This document shows positions 1 to 12,534 of a DNA stretch of 48,358 nt, one piece after another; positions within the stretch are counted from its first letter, which is position 1, and each line of letters opens with the position of its first letter. The notes under the pieces were generated by a model. It was not told the origin of the DNA and searched no databases. It saw only the letters and a list, made by a program, of their open reading frames with translations. Both the position numbers and the translations under genes were made by a program. This stretch comes from Tubiluchus corallicola (taxonomy: Eukaryota > Animalia > Priapulida): positions 1 to 48,358 of the forward strand of contig JAQGDQ010001304.1 in the NCBI GenBank assembly GCA_030141605.1. Reading direction: 5' to 3'.

Positions 1-459
1 AAAGAAATTTTCAAAAAACTGTCTGTAAAGCATGAAGTTAAAATAAACTACCTCTGAATAGAAATTCAGGCGCAGTGGTTGCCGCCACTACCTGAAAAAA
101 TTTAACATAACTGAGACTTCGTGACTTTTCTAAAGCGCTTCGCGGATTTCCGTAAGCGCGCACTGCTTAAACTAATTAAACCTCGAAACAGCTACTGTTC
201 ACACGAAAAGTTACAGAAATTAGCCAACTTTTTTGTAAAATGCATTTCATGAATGATAGTGCGCTTATTTTGAAGTAATCGACGTCATGCTAGAAGACGG
301 GCATTGAAATGGAGTCCCGAGCATGAAGAGATCGCGTCTGCGATCGTGAATTTTACTACTACGCGAGACGCTAGCAGAAGTTTTATTACTATTTCCTTCA
401 ATATTTTTTCCGAACATTAAATAAACCCAACCCCCCAGAAGGCTTGACTTTTCCTTTAA
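1..459 (+). mobile_element. Kolobok/T2-type non-autonomous DNA transposon family K1, right part (cut by window edge)
   Basis: Homologous to the reverse complement of 5310-5789 and to 22140-22601. Ends ...gcttgacttttcct-TTAA (456-459), the TTAA-AGGRR terminus of T2/Kolobok MITEs. Confidence 0.65.
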
Positions 460-734
460 ATTGGAAATTATCATTATTTTCCATTTTTCACAACGTAAGC
501 CACCAAACGTCCAGAACAGACAAGTCAATTTTCCTAGCAATGTTTGCTAGATTATGTTGCTGCTGCTGCTGCTGCTGCCTTCTCTCCACTTTTGATGATT
601 GTAGTGGATTTAAAGAAAAACACTACGTGGGACGTTCGCGTTTGTTCGACATTATCGTGCAACGCGGATATATTTACCACTCATATTGCTGTATTCAGTC
701 AGCTTGTGATGAATATTAATGGTATTGAGAATGT

Positions 735-960
735 GACTACTACCACTGCTACTACGCCAATACTGCTGCTACCGCCGCTACCAGCTGCTGCTACTGCTGC
801 TGCTACTATCGCTACCGTTATTATACCTACTAATGATACAGCTAATACTGCTACTATTACGCTACTGCTGTTACTTACTTAGTTACTACACTACTACAGC
901 TGCTGTTAATAATACAGCTACTACTACTGCTACTACTATCGCTACTACTACTTAATACTA
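735..960. repeat. degenerate (act/gct)n low-complexity tract
   Basis: Trinucleotide periodicity seen directly. Confidence 0.8.
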
Positions 961-964
961 CAAC

Positions 965-1174
965 AATAATACATTAATGATACAAAGTCACAAACCGAAA
1001 CTACAAAACAACAGATAAATAATACATTAATGATACAAAGTCACAAACTGAAACTACAAAACAACAGATAAAAATACATTAATGATACAAAGGCACAAAC
1101 TGAAACCACAAAACAACAGATAAATAATACATTAATGATACAAAGTCACAAACTGAAACTACAAAACTACAGAT
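965..1174. repeat. ~53-bp minisatellite, ~4 copies
   Basis: Unit aataatacattaatgatacaaagtcacaaactgaaactacaaaacaacagata. Confidence 0.9.
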
Positions 1175-1185
1175 TAGAATTTAAC

Positions 1186-1866
1186 ACAGTATGAGTAATC
1201 AGAGCATCGTATACGCAAATCTTCTCACAGTACGCATAATCAGAGTATCGCAAACGCAAATCGTCTCACAGTACGCGCAATCAGAGCATCGCATACGCAC
1301 ATCATCTGACAGTGCGCGCAATCAGAGCATCGCATACGCACATCATCTGACAGTGCGCGCAATCAGAGCATCGCATACGCACATCGTCTTACAGTACGCG
1401 TAATCGAGCATCGTATACACAAATGTTCTCACAGCACGTGTAATCAGACATCGTATACGCAAATCTTCTCACAGCACGCGTAATCAGAGCATCGTATATG
1501 CAAATCTTCTCACAGTACGCATAATCAGAGCATCGTATACGCAAATCTTCTCACAGTACGCGTAATCAGAGCATCGCATACGCACATCATCTCACAGTAC
1601 GCGCAATCAGAGCATCGCATGCGCACATCATCTTACAGTACGCGCAATCGCATACGCACATCATCTTACAGTACGCGCAATCAGAGCATCGTATACGCAC
1701 ATCATGTCACAGTACGCGCAATCAGAGCATCGTATACGCACATCATGTCACAGTACGCGTAATCAGAGCATCGCATACGCACAGCGTCTCACAGTACGCG
1801 CAATCAGAGCATCGCATACGCACATCATCTCACAGTACGCGCAATCAGAGCATCGTATACGCACAT
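1186..1866. repeat. 41-bp CpG-rich minisatellite, ~16 copies
   Basis: Unit cagtacgcgcaatcagagcatcgcatacgcacatcatctca; the aatcagag core recurs at 1197, 1238, 1279, 1320 and onward. Confidence 0.95.
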
Positions 1867-2272
1867 GGTCTCGCACTCTCACAAAGCCTTTCCGCCGCCA
1901 GTCCGTTTGCAATTAAGCATAAAATTCTCTTTGACTGAATCCGTCTCCCTCGGCGCATTTTCAGGCCTGCAACATTTTCGTCAAAACGACGCGAGATTAC
2001 TGATTAAATTTCTCCATTATAATCTTCAAACTCTCGACCGCTGCCTCTTCTGAATGGAGACAGTGTGCGCATGCGCACAACTAGAAAGGCTTCGTTGATC
2101 GCAGCGGGACGCGTTCTTGAATCAACGGATATTGATGAGCGTTCTCTGTTACAACAGCTGGAATGTAAAGATCCAAATATTTAATATATGAAACAATTCG
2201 CGTCTTTTGAAGAATTTTGTAATGACCTCTTAGCGCTTTCCACATTGCTCGTCTCTCGAATGGCTTAAATTG

Positions 2273-2738
2273 TTAACCCTTTCATACCCGTTGTATCCCG
2301 TGGGATACGAGAATATTTTCTGCCTTTAAAATGAATAAAATTTTAAAACTGACAGTTATTTGATCTGTTAATAGTTATTTTGATTTAAGCCAATAACAAT
2401 AGACTAAAAATAGTGATAAAATGGCAAACTAGAAAATCTACATAGCATAAAAAACTGCACAAGGTACAGTACTTTAGAGACGACTTTGTACAGATCAGCA
2501 TAGCATGCATACTAAATGTCTTAAATACTTTAAAAAATTATCAGCAGTTGCAAAATGAAGCACATTTTATGCTTCCATTGAATCCCAATGTATCCCGTGG
2601 GATACAGGCTATATTTAGCACGCGGGCACAGGTAGAAAAAAATAATTATTATGTGTAAACAAGATGGACATACTGAACAAAAGTACCAAGCCAAAAAAAT
2701 TTTCTTATTAAAAAATAATTTGGGACGGAAAGGGTTAA
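2273..2738 (+). mobile_element. piggyBac-type MITE (~460 bp), copy 1
   Basis: TTAA-CCCTTTCatacc ... ggacgGAAAGGG-TTAA. Two internal gtatcccgtgggatac palindromes. Near-identical inverted copy at 19212-19667. Confidence 0.85.
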
Positions 2739-2802
2739 AGGAAAACCGGATGATTGTGCAAACACGAGTTCAGAGTAAAGAATGCTCTAGAATATTGAGA
2801 AC
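2735..2802 (+). mobile_element. Kolobok/T2-type MITE family K2, left-end fragment
   Basis: TTAAaggaaaaccggatgattgtgcaaacacgagttcagag..., the same left end as 3673, 30751 and 43924. Shares its TTAA with the piggyBac MITE. Confidence 0.75.
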
Positions 2803-2939
2803 CAATTTCTCTTCCAGACTGAAGAATTGGCAACCCGTTCAGCGATTTTATATCCAGTGGAAGATAGTACTGGATACATCTAGTACGGCCCCATAAGTGC
2901 CTTTGGCCTGATAATCCTCCCTGTTTGTACTTCGAGTTT

Positions 2940-3640
2940 TTATATTATTTATATTAATTCTTTATTTGTCATTAAAATGGTTCACTCATTATAATAAAAT
3001 CGAGTAAGCCTCAGCGTAATGTTAAAATAACAAAACTGTTCAAGACAAATGCGTCCAGTGCAGACTAAAAAAACTAAAGTGCAAAACTAAGGCTTAATTA
3101 TATACAATAAATGAACATATTTACAAACACCATATTACAAAACAAACAAAAGTACATTAAATTTTACATGACATATTTTACACTATATATACATTTGACA
3201 TGACACAATTAACAGAAACATACTTTACATTACATAAATTTCACTCATTACATTTACACTATTTATACATTTGACATTACAAAACTGACATAACACGTAT
3301 TATATTACATAATTTTTTTAAAAAATAGTTTTATGGAGTCAGTGGCGGGGGTAGATGAAAGTTGAGTCTGTGTAATTAGTATCAGATGCACAATGTGGAA
3401 GTTGAAACCTGTTATATTGATATTCTTTTAATTTCTTTTTAAAGTGGTGGAGAGATTCTATTAGTTTTATTTCACTGGGTAGTAAGTTCCATAAATGTAT
3501 GGCCTGTTTTGATACAGAGTTATTTCCAAATTTATTGTTTACTGTAATTTGCTTTAAATTGTGTGTTCTAGTGTTTAAAGTGGTATCAGGAATGAATGCT
3601 AAGGGATTGTTTATAAACGGAACGCTCAGTTTATTGATAT
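2940..3640 (-). mobile_element. 5'-truncated CR1/L2-group LINE 3' end, copy 1
   Basis: Minus strand encodes ...NNKFGNNSVSKQAIHLWNLLPSEIKLIESLHHFKKKLK (LWNxLP...FK C-terminus of CR1/L2-group ORF2), followed by an AT-rich 3' UTR with aataaa. Direct duplicate at 12535-13320. Confidence 0.75.
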
Positions 3641-3672
3641 ATTGATCTTACTGAATGTAACTTGATTTGAAC

Positions 3673-4228
3673 TTAAAGCAAAACCGGATGATTGTGTAAA
3701 CACGAGTTCAGAATAAAGAATGCTCTAAAATATTGAAAACTACAATAGCTTTTTTAAATCAAAGCTTAGATTAAATAATAATTACCTCGGATACTTAAAT
3801 TTCGTTAAACTTTCAAAGCTACGCGCGGCTCAGTGAATCTACTAAGATTGGCAACGGCGCCTTTTTGTCACGTTCGCGTGGTCGACAAATAGAAGGCGGT
3901 ACCGTGATAAGCATGATCATGAACTGCTGTGTTAGTTTCTGACGTCATACGACGTAAAGCCCATTTTTCGTGACATCACGCGTTTAAACAGTACTATAAA
4001 ACTTACGAAAACGTACTTGACGCACAAGGGAAGATGCCTGCCATTGCACAAACTGTGGTTAGTTTCTGACGTAAGCAATAGCTGTTTTCGGTTGCCGTTA
4101 ATTAACATTCTAAGCTAATTATTCAAATATAAGGAACAATTGTTAACTTTTATAGGCAAGAAAATGTATATTTTGGACAGTAAATTAAAATGAGATTGAG
4201 TCTAAACAATCGTCCGTTCTTCTTTTAA
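3673..4228 (+). mobile_element. Kolobok/T2-type MITE family K2, full copy (~550 bp)
   Basis: TTAAagcaaaaccggatgattgt ... acaatcgtccgttcttcttTTAA. Colinear with 30751-31308. Confidence 0.85.
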
Positions 4229-4778
4229 TATATGAAACAATTCGGATCGGTTGTACTGACCAGTTAGTTATTCCATATATTTCGTTTCTCGAATGGCTTA
4301 AATTTTTAAAACTGAGTAAACTTGATTATTGGATATATCAGCGTGTTTCAAGGCTGAGTAACTAAATGCAGTAACTGAGTAAATTGGTCCTCGTGTTGAG
4401 TAAGGTAGTGGCGAAAATGAGTAGCTTGATGTGCAAACTTAGTGAGGAAAGTGCGTGCTGTAGATTAAAGTAGTTACTATTGTGAATGAGTGTGAATTCT
4501 GTAACGGCTAGCAGAATTGAACGGAAACGATTGTCAATGCTAATATTATTGTCAATACTAATTTCATAATGGTATGAAATCCATAAGCCAGAAAATTGAC
4601 GAAAGTTTGGGTACCTCGGTGTCCACAACACTAGCACCCGCAACAAACAATGTTAGGGGAGTGCTGAAGGTTTATTGCAATAGCATGAAATACCAGAAAA
4701 TCCCAAGGAATTAAGAAAACAAGATCTCAGGTTGTTTAATGTGCAATGCAATACTACGTGGAATGTTCGCACTTCCCA

Positions 4779-5173
<395 letters not shown>

Positions 5174-5309
5174 TCCGCTACAATCATCAAAAGTGGACTG
5201 AAGCCAGCAGCAGCATAATCTAGCAAACATTGCTAGGAAAATTGACTTGTCTGTTCTGGACGTTTGGTGGCTTACTTCGTGAAAAATGAAAATAATGATA
5301 ATTTCCAAT

Positions 5310-6727
5310 TTAAAGGAAAAGTCAAGCCTTCTGGGAGGTTAGGTTTATTTAATGTTCGGCAAAAATATTAGAAGGAAATAGTAATAAAACTGCAACAAGC
5401 GCCTCGCGTAATTAGTAAAATCACGATCGCAAAGACGCGATCTCTTCATACTCGGGAGCTCCCATTTTCAATGCCCATTCTTCCACCAATGACGTCATTC
5501 GCCCCAAAGAAAAATAGCGCACTATCAGCCTTCATGAAATGCATTTTACAAAAAAGTTAGCTAATTTCGTAACTTTTCGCGTGAACAGTAGCTAAGCTGC
5601 AGAAGTTTTAATTAGTATAAGCAGTGCGCGCTTACGGAAATCCACGAAGCGCTTGCGAAAAGTCACGAAGTCTCCCAGTTATGTTATAATTTTCAAGTGA
5701 ATGGCGGCAACCACCACGCCTGAAAATTTCTATTCAGAGGTAGTTTATTTTAACTTCATGCTTTACAGACAGTTTTTGAAAATTTCTTTGTTATATATTT
5801 CTAAGTTTGAATGATGACAGTAAAATAAACCCAGCATACTGAGTGACTTGTTCTTTCCTTTAGCACACCACAAATGGTTTAAATGATAACAGTAAAATAA
5901 ACCCTGCATACTGAGTGGCTTGTTCTTTCCTTTAGCACACCACAAATGGTTTAAATGATAACAGTAAAATAAACCCAACATGCTGAGTGACTTGATCTTT
6001 CCTTTAGCACACCGCAAACAGTTTAAATGATGACAGTAAAATAAACCCAACATACTGAGTGACTTGATCTTTCCTTTAACACACCACAAACAGTTTAAAT
6101 GATAACAGTAAAATAAACCCAACATGCAGAGTGACCTGTCCTTTCCTTTAGCACACCACAAACAGTTTAAATGATGACAGTAAAATAAACCCAACATGCT
6201 GAGTGACTTGATCTTTCCTTTTGCACACCACAAACAGTTTAAATGATAACTGTAAAATAAACCCAACATGCTGAGTGACTTGTTCTTTCCTTTTGCACAC
6301 CACAAACAGTTTAAATGATAACAGTAAAATAAACCCAACATGCAGAGTGACTTGTTCTTTCCTTTAGCACACCACAAACAGTTTAAGTGATAACTGCAAA
6401 ATAAACTCAGCATGCTAAATGACTTGTCTGTTCCTTTAACACACCACAAACAGTTTAAGTGATAACTGTAAAATAAACCCAACATGCTAAGTGACTTGTT
6501 CTTTCCGTTAGCACACCACAAACAGTTTAAATGATAACAGTAAAATAAACCCAACATGCAGAGTGACCTGTCCTTTCCTTTAGCACACCACAAACAGTTT
6601 AAATGATGACAGTAAAATAAACCCAACATGCAGAGAGACTTCTCCTTTCATTTAGCACACCACAAACAGTTTAAATAATAACAGTAAAATAAACCCAACA
6701 TGCAGAGTGACTTGATCTTTCCTTTAA
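5310..6727 (-). mobile_element. Kolobok/T2-type element family K1 with internal 72-bp tandem array
   Basis: TTAAaggaaaagtcaag at 5310 and cttgatctttcctTTAA ending 6727 form imperfect TIRs with a TTAA TSD. Contains a ~480-bp body plus the 72-bp array. Same layout inverted at 21421-22601. Confidence 0.8.
5806..6725. repeat. 72-bp tandem array, ~13 copies
   Basis: Unit gtttaaatgataacagtaaaataaacccaacatgctgagtgacttgatctttcctttagcacaccacaaaca; explains the 24-aa periodic ORF 5763-6629. Confidence 0.97.
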
Positions 6728-7112
6728 ATTCCCAAGGGATATAATCGCAGGACTGTATTGTTTTTTCTTTTTATACGTCCCAAAAAATGTTTAGGAAACA
6801 CCTTCACGACAATCGCTAGGATTAAAAAGAAGCCATCAACACTGCGCGCGCAAGTCGTAGAGAGAGGGCAATTTTCCCCCCTGCATCACAACTAATTTCA
6901 CGAGGGTGAAAAATCGTCTTTCGAAGCGCTGCGCGAAACACGAACATGCGCGCCTAATCTCTGGAGTGTAATTTGCTGAATCTACAGTGAATCGTGTGTC
7001 GCATTTCTCTTTGCCGTTATCAGGGAGAGTGAAAAACTGCTGTCAGCTGAAGCCCATGGGCTGAGACTGAGTTTTGAGCCTCAGATCACCATCACGATGA
7101 AGCCACACACAC

Positions 7113-7740
7113 TTTTGTCAGTCCATACACCCTTGCGTGAGTTCATGCACACTTGTCAGTCCATACACCCTTGTGTGAGTTCATACACCTTTTTGTCAGT
7201 CCATACACCCTTGTGTGAGTTCATACACCCTTTTGTCAGTCCATACACCCTTGTGTGAGTTCATACACCCTTTTGTCAGTCCATACACCCTTGTGTGAGT
7301 TCATACACCCTTGTGTGAGTCCATACTTGTTCTTTCCTTTAGCACACCACAAACAGTTTAAATGATAACAGTAAAATAAACCCAGCATGTTAAGTGACTT
7401 GATCTTTCCTTTAGCACACCACAAACAGTTTAAATGATAACAGTAAAATAAACCCAACATACACCCATGTGCGAATCCATACACCCTTTCGTGAGTTCGT
7501 ACACACATTTGTCAGTCCATACACCCTTGTGTGAGTAGTTCATACACCCTTTTGTGAGTCCATACACTCTTGTGTGAGTCCATGCACCCTTGTGGGAGTC
7601 CGTACACACATTTGTCAGTCCATACACCCTTGTGTGAGTCCACACACCCATGTGCGAATCCACACACCTATTCGTGAGTTCGTACACCCTTTTGCGAGTC
7701 CATACACGCTTTTGCGAATCCAGACTACCTTTTGTGAGTT
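7113..7740. repeat. 20-bp minisatellite interrupted by ~2 units of the 72-bp repeat
   Basis: Units gtccatacacccttgtgtga / gttcatacacccttttgtca; 72-bp units at ~7325-7462. Confidence 0.93.
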
Positions 7741-7959
7741 TGAAAAGAGTTTTTCGATACTGTGAACCCAGCTTTATCGAGCAGTTGATCTTGTGCCATA
7801 CAGTGTACAGAGCAAGCAGCAAATCCAGATCTACTCAAATGTAATCAATGCAAATAATTACAGGCCAAGCGTCACATCAATATTTCCCTTCACCTTGTTA
7901 ATGAAGGCAAAATCCAGCCAAGCAGCCTTACTGCGTGTAGAATTACATGTTCGTTAACT

Positions 7960-8310
<351 letters not shown>

Positions 8311-8950
8311 TACATTCGTACTGTACAGCATGACAACTACTCTTTCTACATTCATACTGTACAGCATGACAAGTACTCTGTCTACATTCATACTGTACAG
8401 CATGACAAGTACTCTGTCTACATTCATACTGTACAGCATGACAACTACTCTGTCTACATTCATACTGTACAGCATGACAAGTACTCTGTCTACATTCATA
8501 CTGTACAGCACGACAAGTACTGTCTACGTTCATACTGTACTGCACGACAAGTACTCTGTCTACATTCATACTGTACAGCACGACAAGTACTCTGTCTACG
8601 TTCATACTGTGCATGACAAGTACTCTGTCTATATTCATACTGTACAGCATGACAAGTACTCTGTCTACATTCATACTGTACAGCATGACAAGTACTCTGT
8701 CTACGTTCATACTGTACAGCATGACAAGTACTCTGTCTACGTTCATACTGTACAGCATGACAAGTACTCTGTCTACGTTCATACTTTACAGCATGACAAG
8801 TACTCTGTCTACGTTCATACTGTACAGCACGACAAGTACTCTGTCTACATTCATACAGTACAGCACGACAACTACTCTGTCTACATTCATACTGTACAGC
8901 ATGTCAACTACTCTGTCTACATTCATACTTTACAGCATGTCAACTACTCT
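8311..8950. repeat. 36-bp minisatellite, ~18 copies
   Basis: Unit tacattcatactgtacagcatgacaagtactctgtc. Confidence 0.97.
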
Positions 8951-9217
8951 GCGTGTTGGATATAATTACGATCACGCCATGTTTCTAACGTCTATGATTA
9001 TGAAGGTGGCCTTCAAATTTTCAACGGATAAACATTAAATCAATAAGATTAAGCAAACATGGCCGTTATTACCCCGTCTACAACATCCCACATCAAAGCT
9101 TAAACTGTAATATAATGCAAAGTTCAGAGAATTTTACGACACTTAATATAATATAGAGGGAAGCGCGATGAGTGGCGTGTCCACTGGTGTTGAAGAGATC
9201 ACAGTGCCATAATAGTG

Positions 9218-9637
<420 letters not shown>

Positions 9638-9654
9638 GAAAGAGGAGAAACAGG

Positions 9655-9790
9655 AAGAGAGAAACAAGAGAGTTTGATAATCTCTGTGGCCTTCTAATAT
9701 CGGGATTTTCATGGAGTTTCTTAAAGAGGTATTGTGAGATGATTTCAAAGAATGGTCATGGTCAACAGAGACTGAGGTGTCAACAGAGCA
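9655..9790 (-). mobile_element. LINE ORF2 fragment related to the 12535-13320 family
   Basis: Encodes KIPILEGHRDYQTLLFL versus KIPILEAYRDYKTLIFL in ORF 12927-13316. Confidence 0.55.
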
Positions 9791-10062
9791 TAATGATGAT
9801 GATGATGATGTTGTTGGTGCTGTTGTTCTTGCTGTTGTTGTTGATGCTGTTGTTGTTATTGTTGATTTGTTGTTGATGCTGTTGTTACTGTTGTTGTTGA
9901 TGCTGTTGTTGATACTGTTGTTTTGTTGCTGTTGTTGTTGTTGATGATTCTGTTGTTGTTGTTGTGTTGTTGATGCTGTTGTTGATACTGTTGTTGTTGT
10001 TGTGTTGTTGATGCTGTTGTTGATACTGTTGTTGTTGTTGTGTTGTTGATGCTGTTGTTGTT
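9790..10062. repeat. (gtt/gat/gct)n low-complexity tract
   Basis: Seen directly. Confidence 0.9.
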
Positions 10063-10149
10063 ATTTTAGAGTTTTCCTGCCTAATGTCTACATAGATGTA
10101 AAAGCCATCATTATGATTGTTAAAACTCGCTTCAATGACGTCATCTAAT

Positions 10150-10527
10150 ATCTATTCTTCTTCTTCTTCAAAATCTCATTCCACCCACTTCTACCTGCAG
10201 CTAACAGTGTAAGTTCTTCTACTCCTAAAGATAGATTTGTTTGAATTTGTTGAACATCTTTATTTATCTTAGATATTCAGGTTGTTTTTGGTTTCCCGGT
10301 GGTATTTTGCAAGGTTTTAAGGTTTCCCTCAAGGCGATTATTACCGGTGCTTCATGTGGTTATCTTAGAAGATGTCCTAGCCATCTTAATCTTTGGATCT
10401 AGACTTTTGAACTCCAAGGAAAGTTTTTCGTTCTGGTGTATAAATCTTCATTTTTGATTATGCATGGCCATCTTATCTTTAAAAGTTTCTTTTGAAGATT
10501 TCTGTGAAATGTGTTCATTCAGAATTC
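10150..10527 (-). mobile_element. degenerate RTE-clade LINE 3' fragment
   Basis: Minus strand reads KKLLKIRWPCIIKNEDLY...QRLRWLGHLLR*P...KPKTT...LLAAGRSGWNEI with stops and frameshifts, then a (gaa)n tail. LRWLGH and NEDLY are typical of the RTE C-terminus. Confidence 0.8.
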
Positions 10528-10565
10528 ATCATCATCATCATCATCATCATCACATCATCCATCAT

Positions 10566-10597
<32 letters not shown>

Positions 10598-10760
10598 TCG
10601 TCATCATCATACGCCCGTCACGTCTATTGTAGACATTGGGCAGGCAGAATTCTAGAATAAAAGAAATCTGCCTTCAGACAGGTAAACGCAGCAGTAATCC
10701 AGCAAAAAAACTAGACACTGCTACGCCAGTGGCTTGTCAGCACCACTTCCGTTAACGAAT
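10527..10760 (-). mobile_element. retroposon 3' end with (gat)n tail, copy B
   Basis: Inverted homologue of 7960-8310; the (cat)n tract at 10527-10610 is its tail. Confidence 0.6.
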
Positions 10761-11057
10761 TCAGCACGCTGCTACGGCATCACTGGAGCAGCGCCCTCTT
10801 CAGTTCGCGTTGCGTACTACTGCGTTATTTTCCGCTTGCTGACAGGCTCATTACACAAGTCACTATTAGCAGAAACGTCGTCCGGTTCCGTCATATTCGC
10901 GTTAATTTTGCTTCGAGTGTCAATCATTCCAGAGCTCCGTGCATTTGCATTGGAATACGTTCTCATACGTTCACGCATCGATCAAGCATATTAATGTCTT
11001 ATTGAGTTGTCAGCAATGCTAATGACATTACCAAATCCCACTTAAAACAGCTTATCA

Positions 11058-12086
11058 GATTGGATCAGACAGTTTGTACAACATGATTTAGGATCCTCAC
11101 CACAACAGACTTTATACACTATTTACAAGAACATTTACAGTAAGAATAGACTATACTTAGTTTTCAGTGTACTTTAGTATACTAAAGTTTTACTGCAAGA
11201 TTACATTAGACATTAGTAACATTTACAGTAAGAATACACTATAACTACACAAGCTGACAAGTTTTACTACAAGATTACATTAGACATTAGTAACATTTAC
11301 AGTAAGAATAGACTATAACTACACAAGCTGACAAGTTTTACTACAAGAATACATTAGACATTAGTAACATTTACAGTAAGAATAGACTATAACTACACAA
11401 GCTGACAAGTTTTACTACAAGAATACATTAGACATTAGTAGAAAATGACGGTTAGTAAATATTAATGTACGAATATTTAAGAATGATGCATTTCATATCA
11501 GATAGAAACTACTGGAAGCGTTTAGTACGTAATATAAAGTCATGTATACATTGGAATATTTTACAGTTAGCAACATAGTTAAATTCATCTTTACCGAATA
11601 ATAACAACTTCAACAGATCATTAGTTCCTAAGGCAGCTATATTAAGGAAATAATGATCTGTTGAAGTTGTTATTATTCGGTAAAGATGAATTTAACTATG
11701 TTACTAACTGTAAAATATTCCAATGCATACATGACTTTATATTACGTACTAAACGCTTCCAGTAGTTTCTATCTGATATGAAATGCATCATTCTTAAATA
11801 TTCGTACATTAATATTTACTAACCGTCATTTTCTACTAATGTCTAATGTATTCTTGCAGTAAAACTTGTCAGCTTGTGTAGTTATAGTCTATTCTTACCG
11901 TAAATGTTACTAATGTCTAATGTAATCTTGTAGTAAAACTTGTCAGCTTGTGTAGTTCTAGTCTATTCTTACTGTAAATGTTTTTGTAAATAGTGTATAA
12001 AGTCTGTTGTGATGAGGATCCTAAATCATGTTGTACAAACTGTCTGATCCAATCCTAAATAAATTATGTTTAAACTAAACTAAAAC
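11058..12086. mobile_element. head-to-head palindrome of two CR1-group LINE 3' ends
   Basis: Arms 11058-11629 (-) and 11645-12054 (+) with a ~15-nt spacer. The right arm reads GNNDLLKLLLFGKDEFNYVTNCKIFQCIHDFILRTKRFQ* (LLFG...TKRF* ORF2 end), then a 3' UTR with 74-bp units and an aataaattatgtttaaactaaactaaa tail. Confidence 0.85.
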
Positions 12087-12329
12087 AACTTAAACTCAGA
12101 CAGATTTACTGAGGTGTCGGGTTAATATGGCACTACTACTATTAGTGATGCAACCCACGTACTACATTTGCTTTTTGCTGTGTATTCATCCGCCGAATAA
12201 ATACACTATTTACTGTGAATGGTAATTTTTAATGATTTATAATATTCTTTTAATGTTAAAATTAATACTTTTATACATTTTGTGATCTTTTATGCAAAAT
12301 TCATCAAATCTAGACATTACTGTACAATA

Positions 12330-12487
12330 CGTACTACGCATGTGCAAAAATACTTTAGACAGAGTACCGCAAAAACCCGTGAAACAGCGAGAATACCGTG
12401 ATAAATATTTTGTATAAATATTTTTGAAAACCCGCGAAACAGCGAGTCCGCGATAAACGAACCGCGAAGTAGCGAGGGAACACTGTA
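12330..12487. mobile_element. Tc1/mariner superfamily (Tigger/pogo-like) MITE end
   Basis: Ends ...gcgagggaacactg-TA (reverse complement TA-CAGTGTTCCCTCGC) with subterminal ccgcga/cagcga repeats. Partner end not found. Confidence 0.55.
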
Positions 12488-12534
12488 ACCATATTATTGA
12501 CATTAAGATGGATCCTGAACTCAACACAGCTACC

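Noticed and set aside
5763-6629. 288-aa Cys/His-periodic ORF (also 21447-22132) resembling a zinc-finger repeat protein
   Set aside because: Translation of a 72-bp satellite inside a MITE; spacing does not match C2H2, and the other copy is frameshifted.
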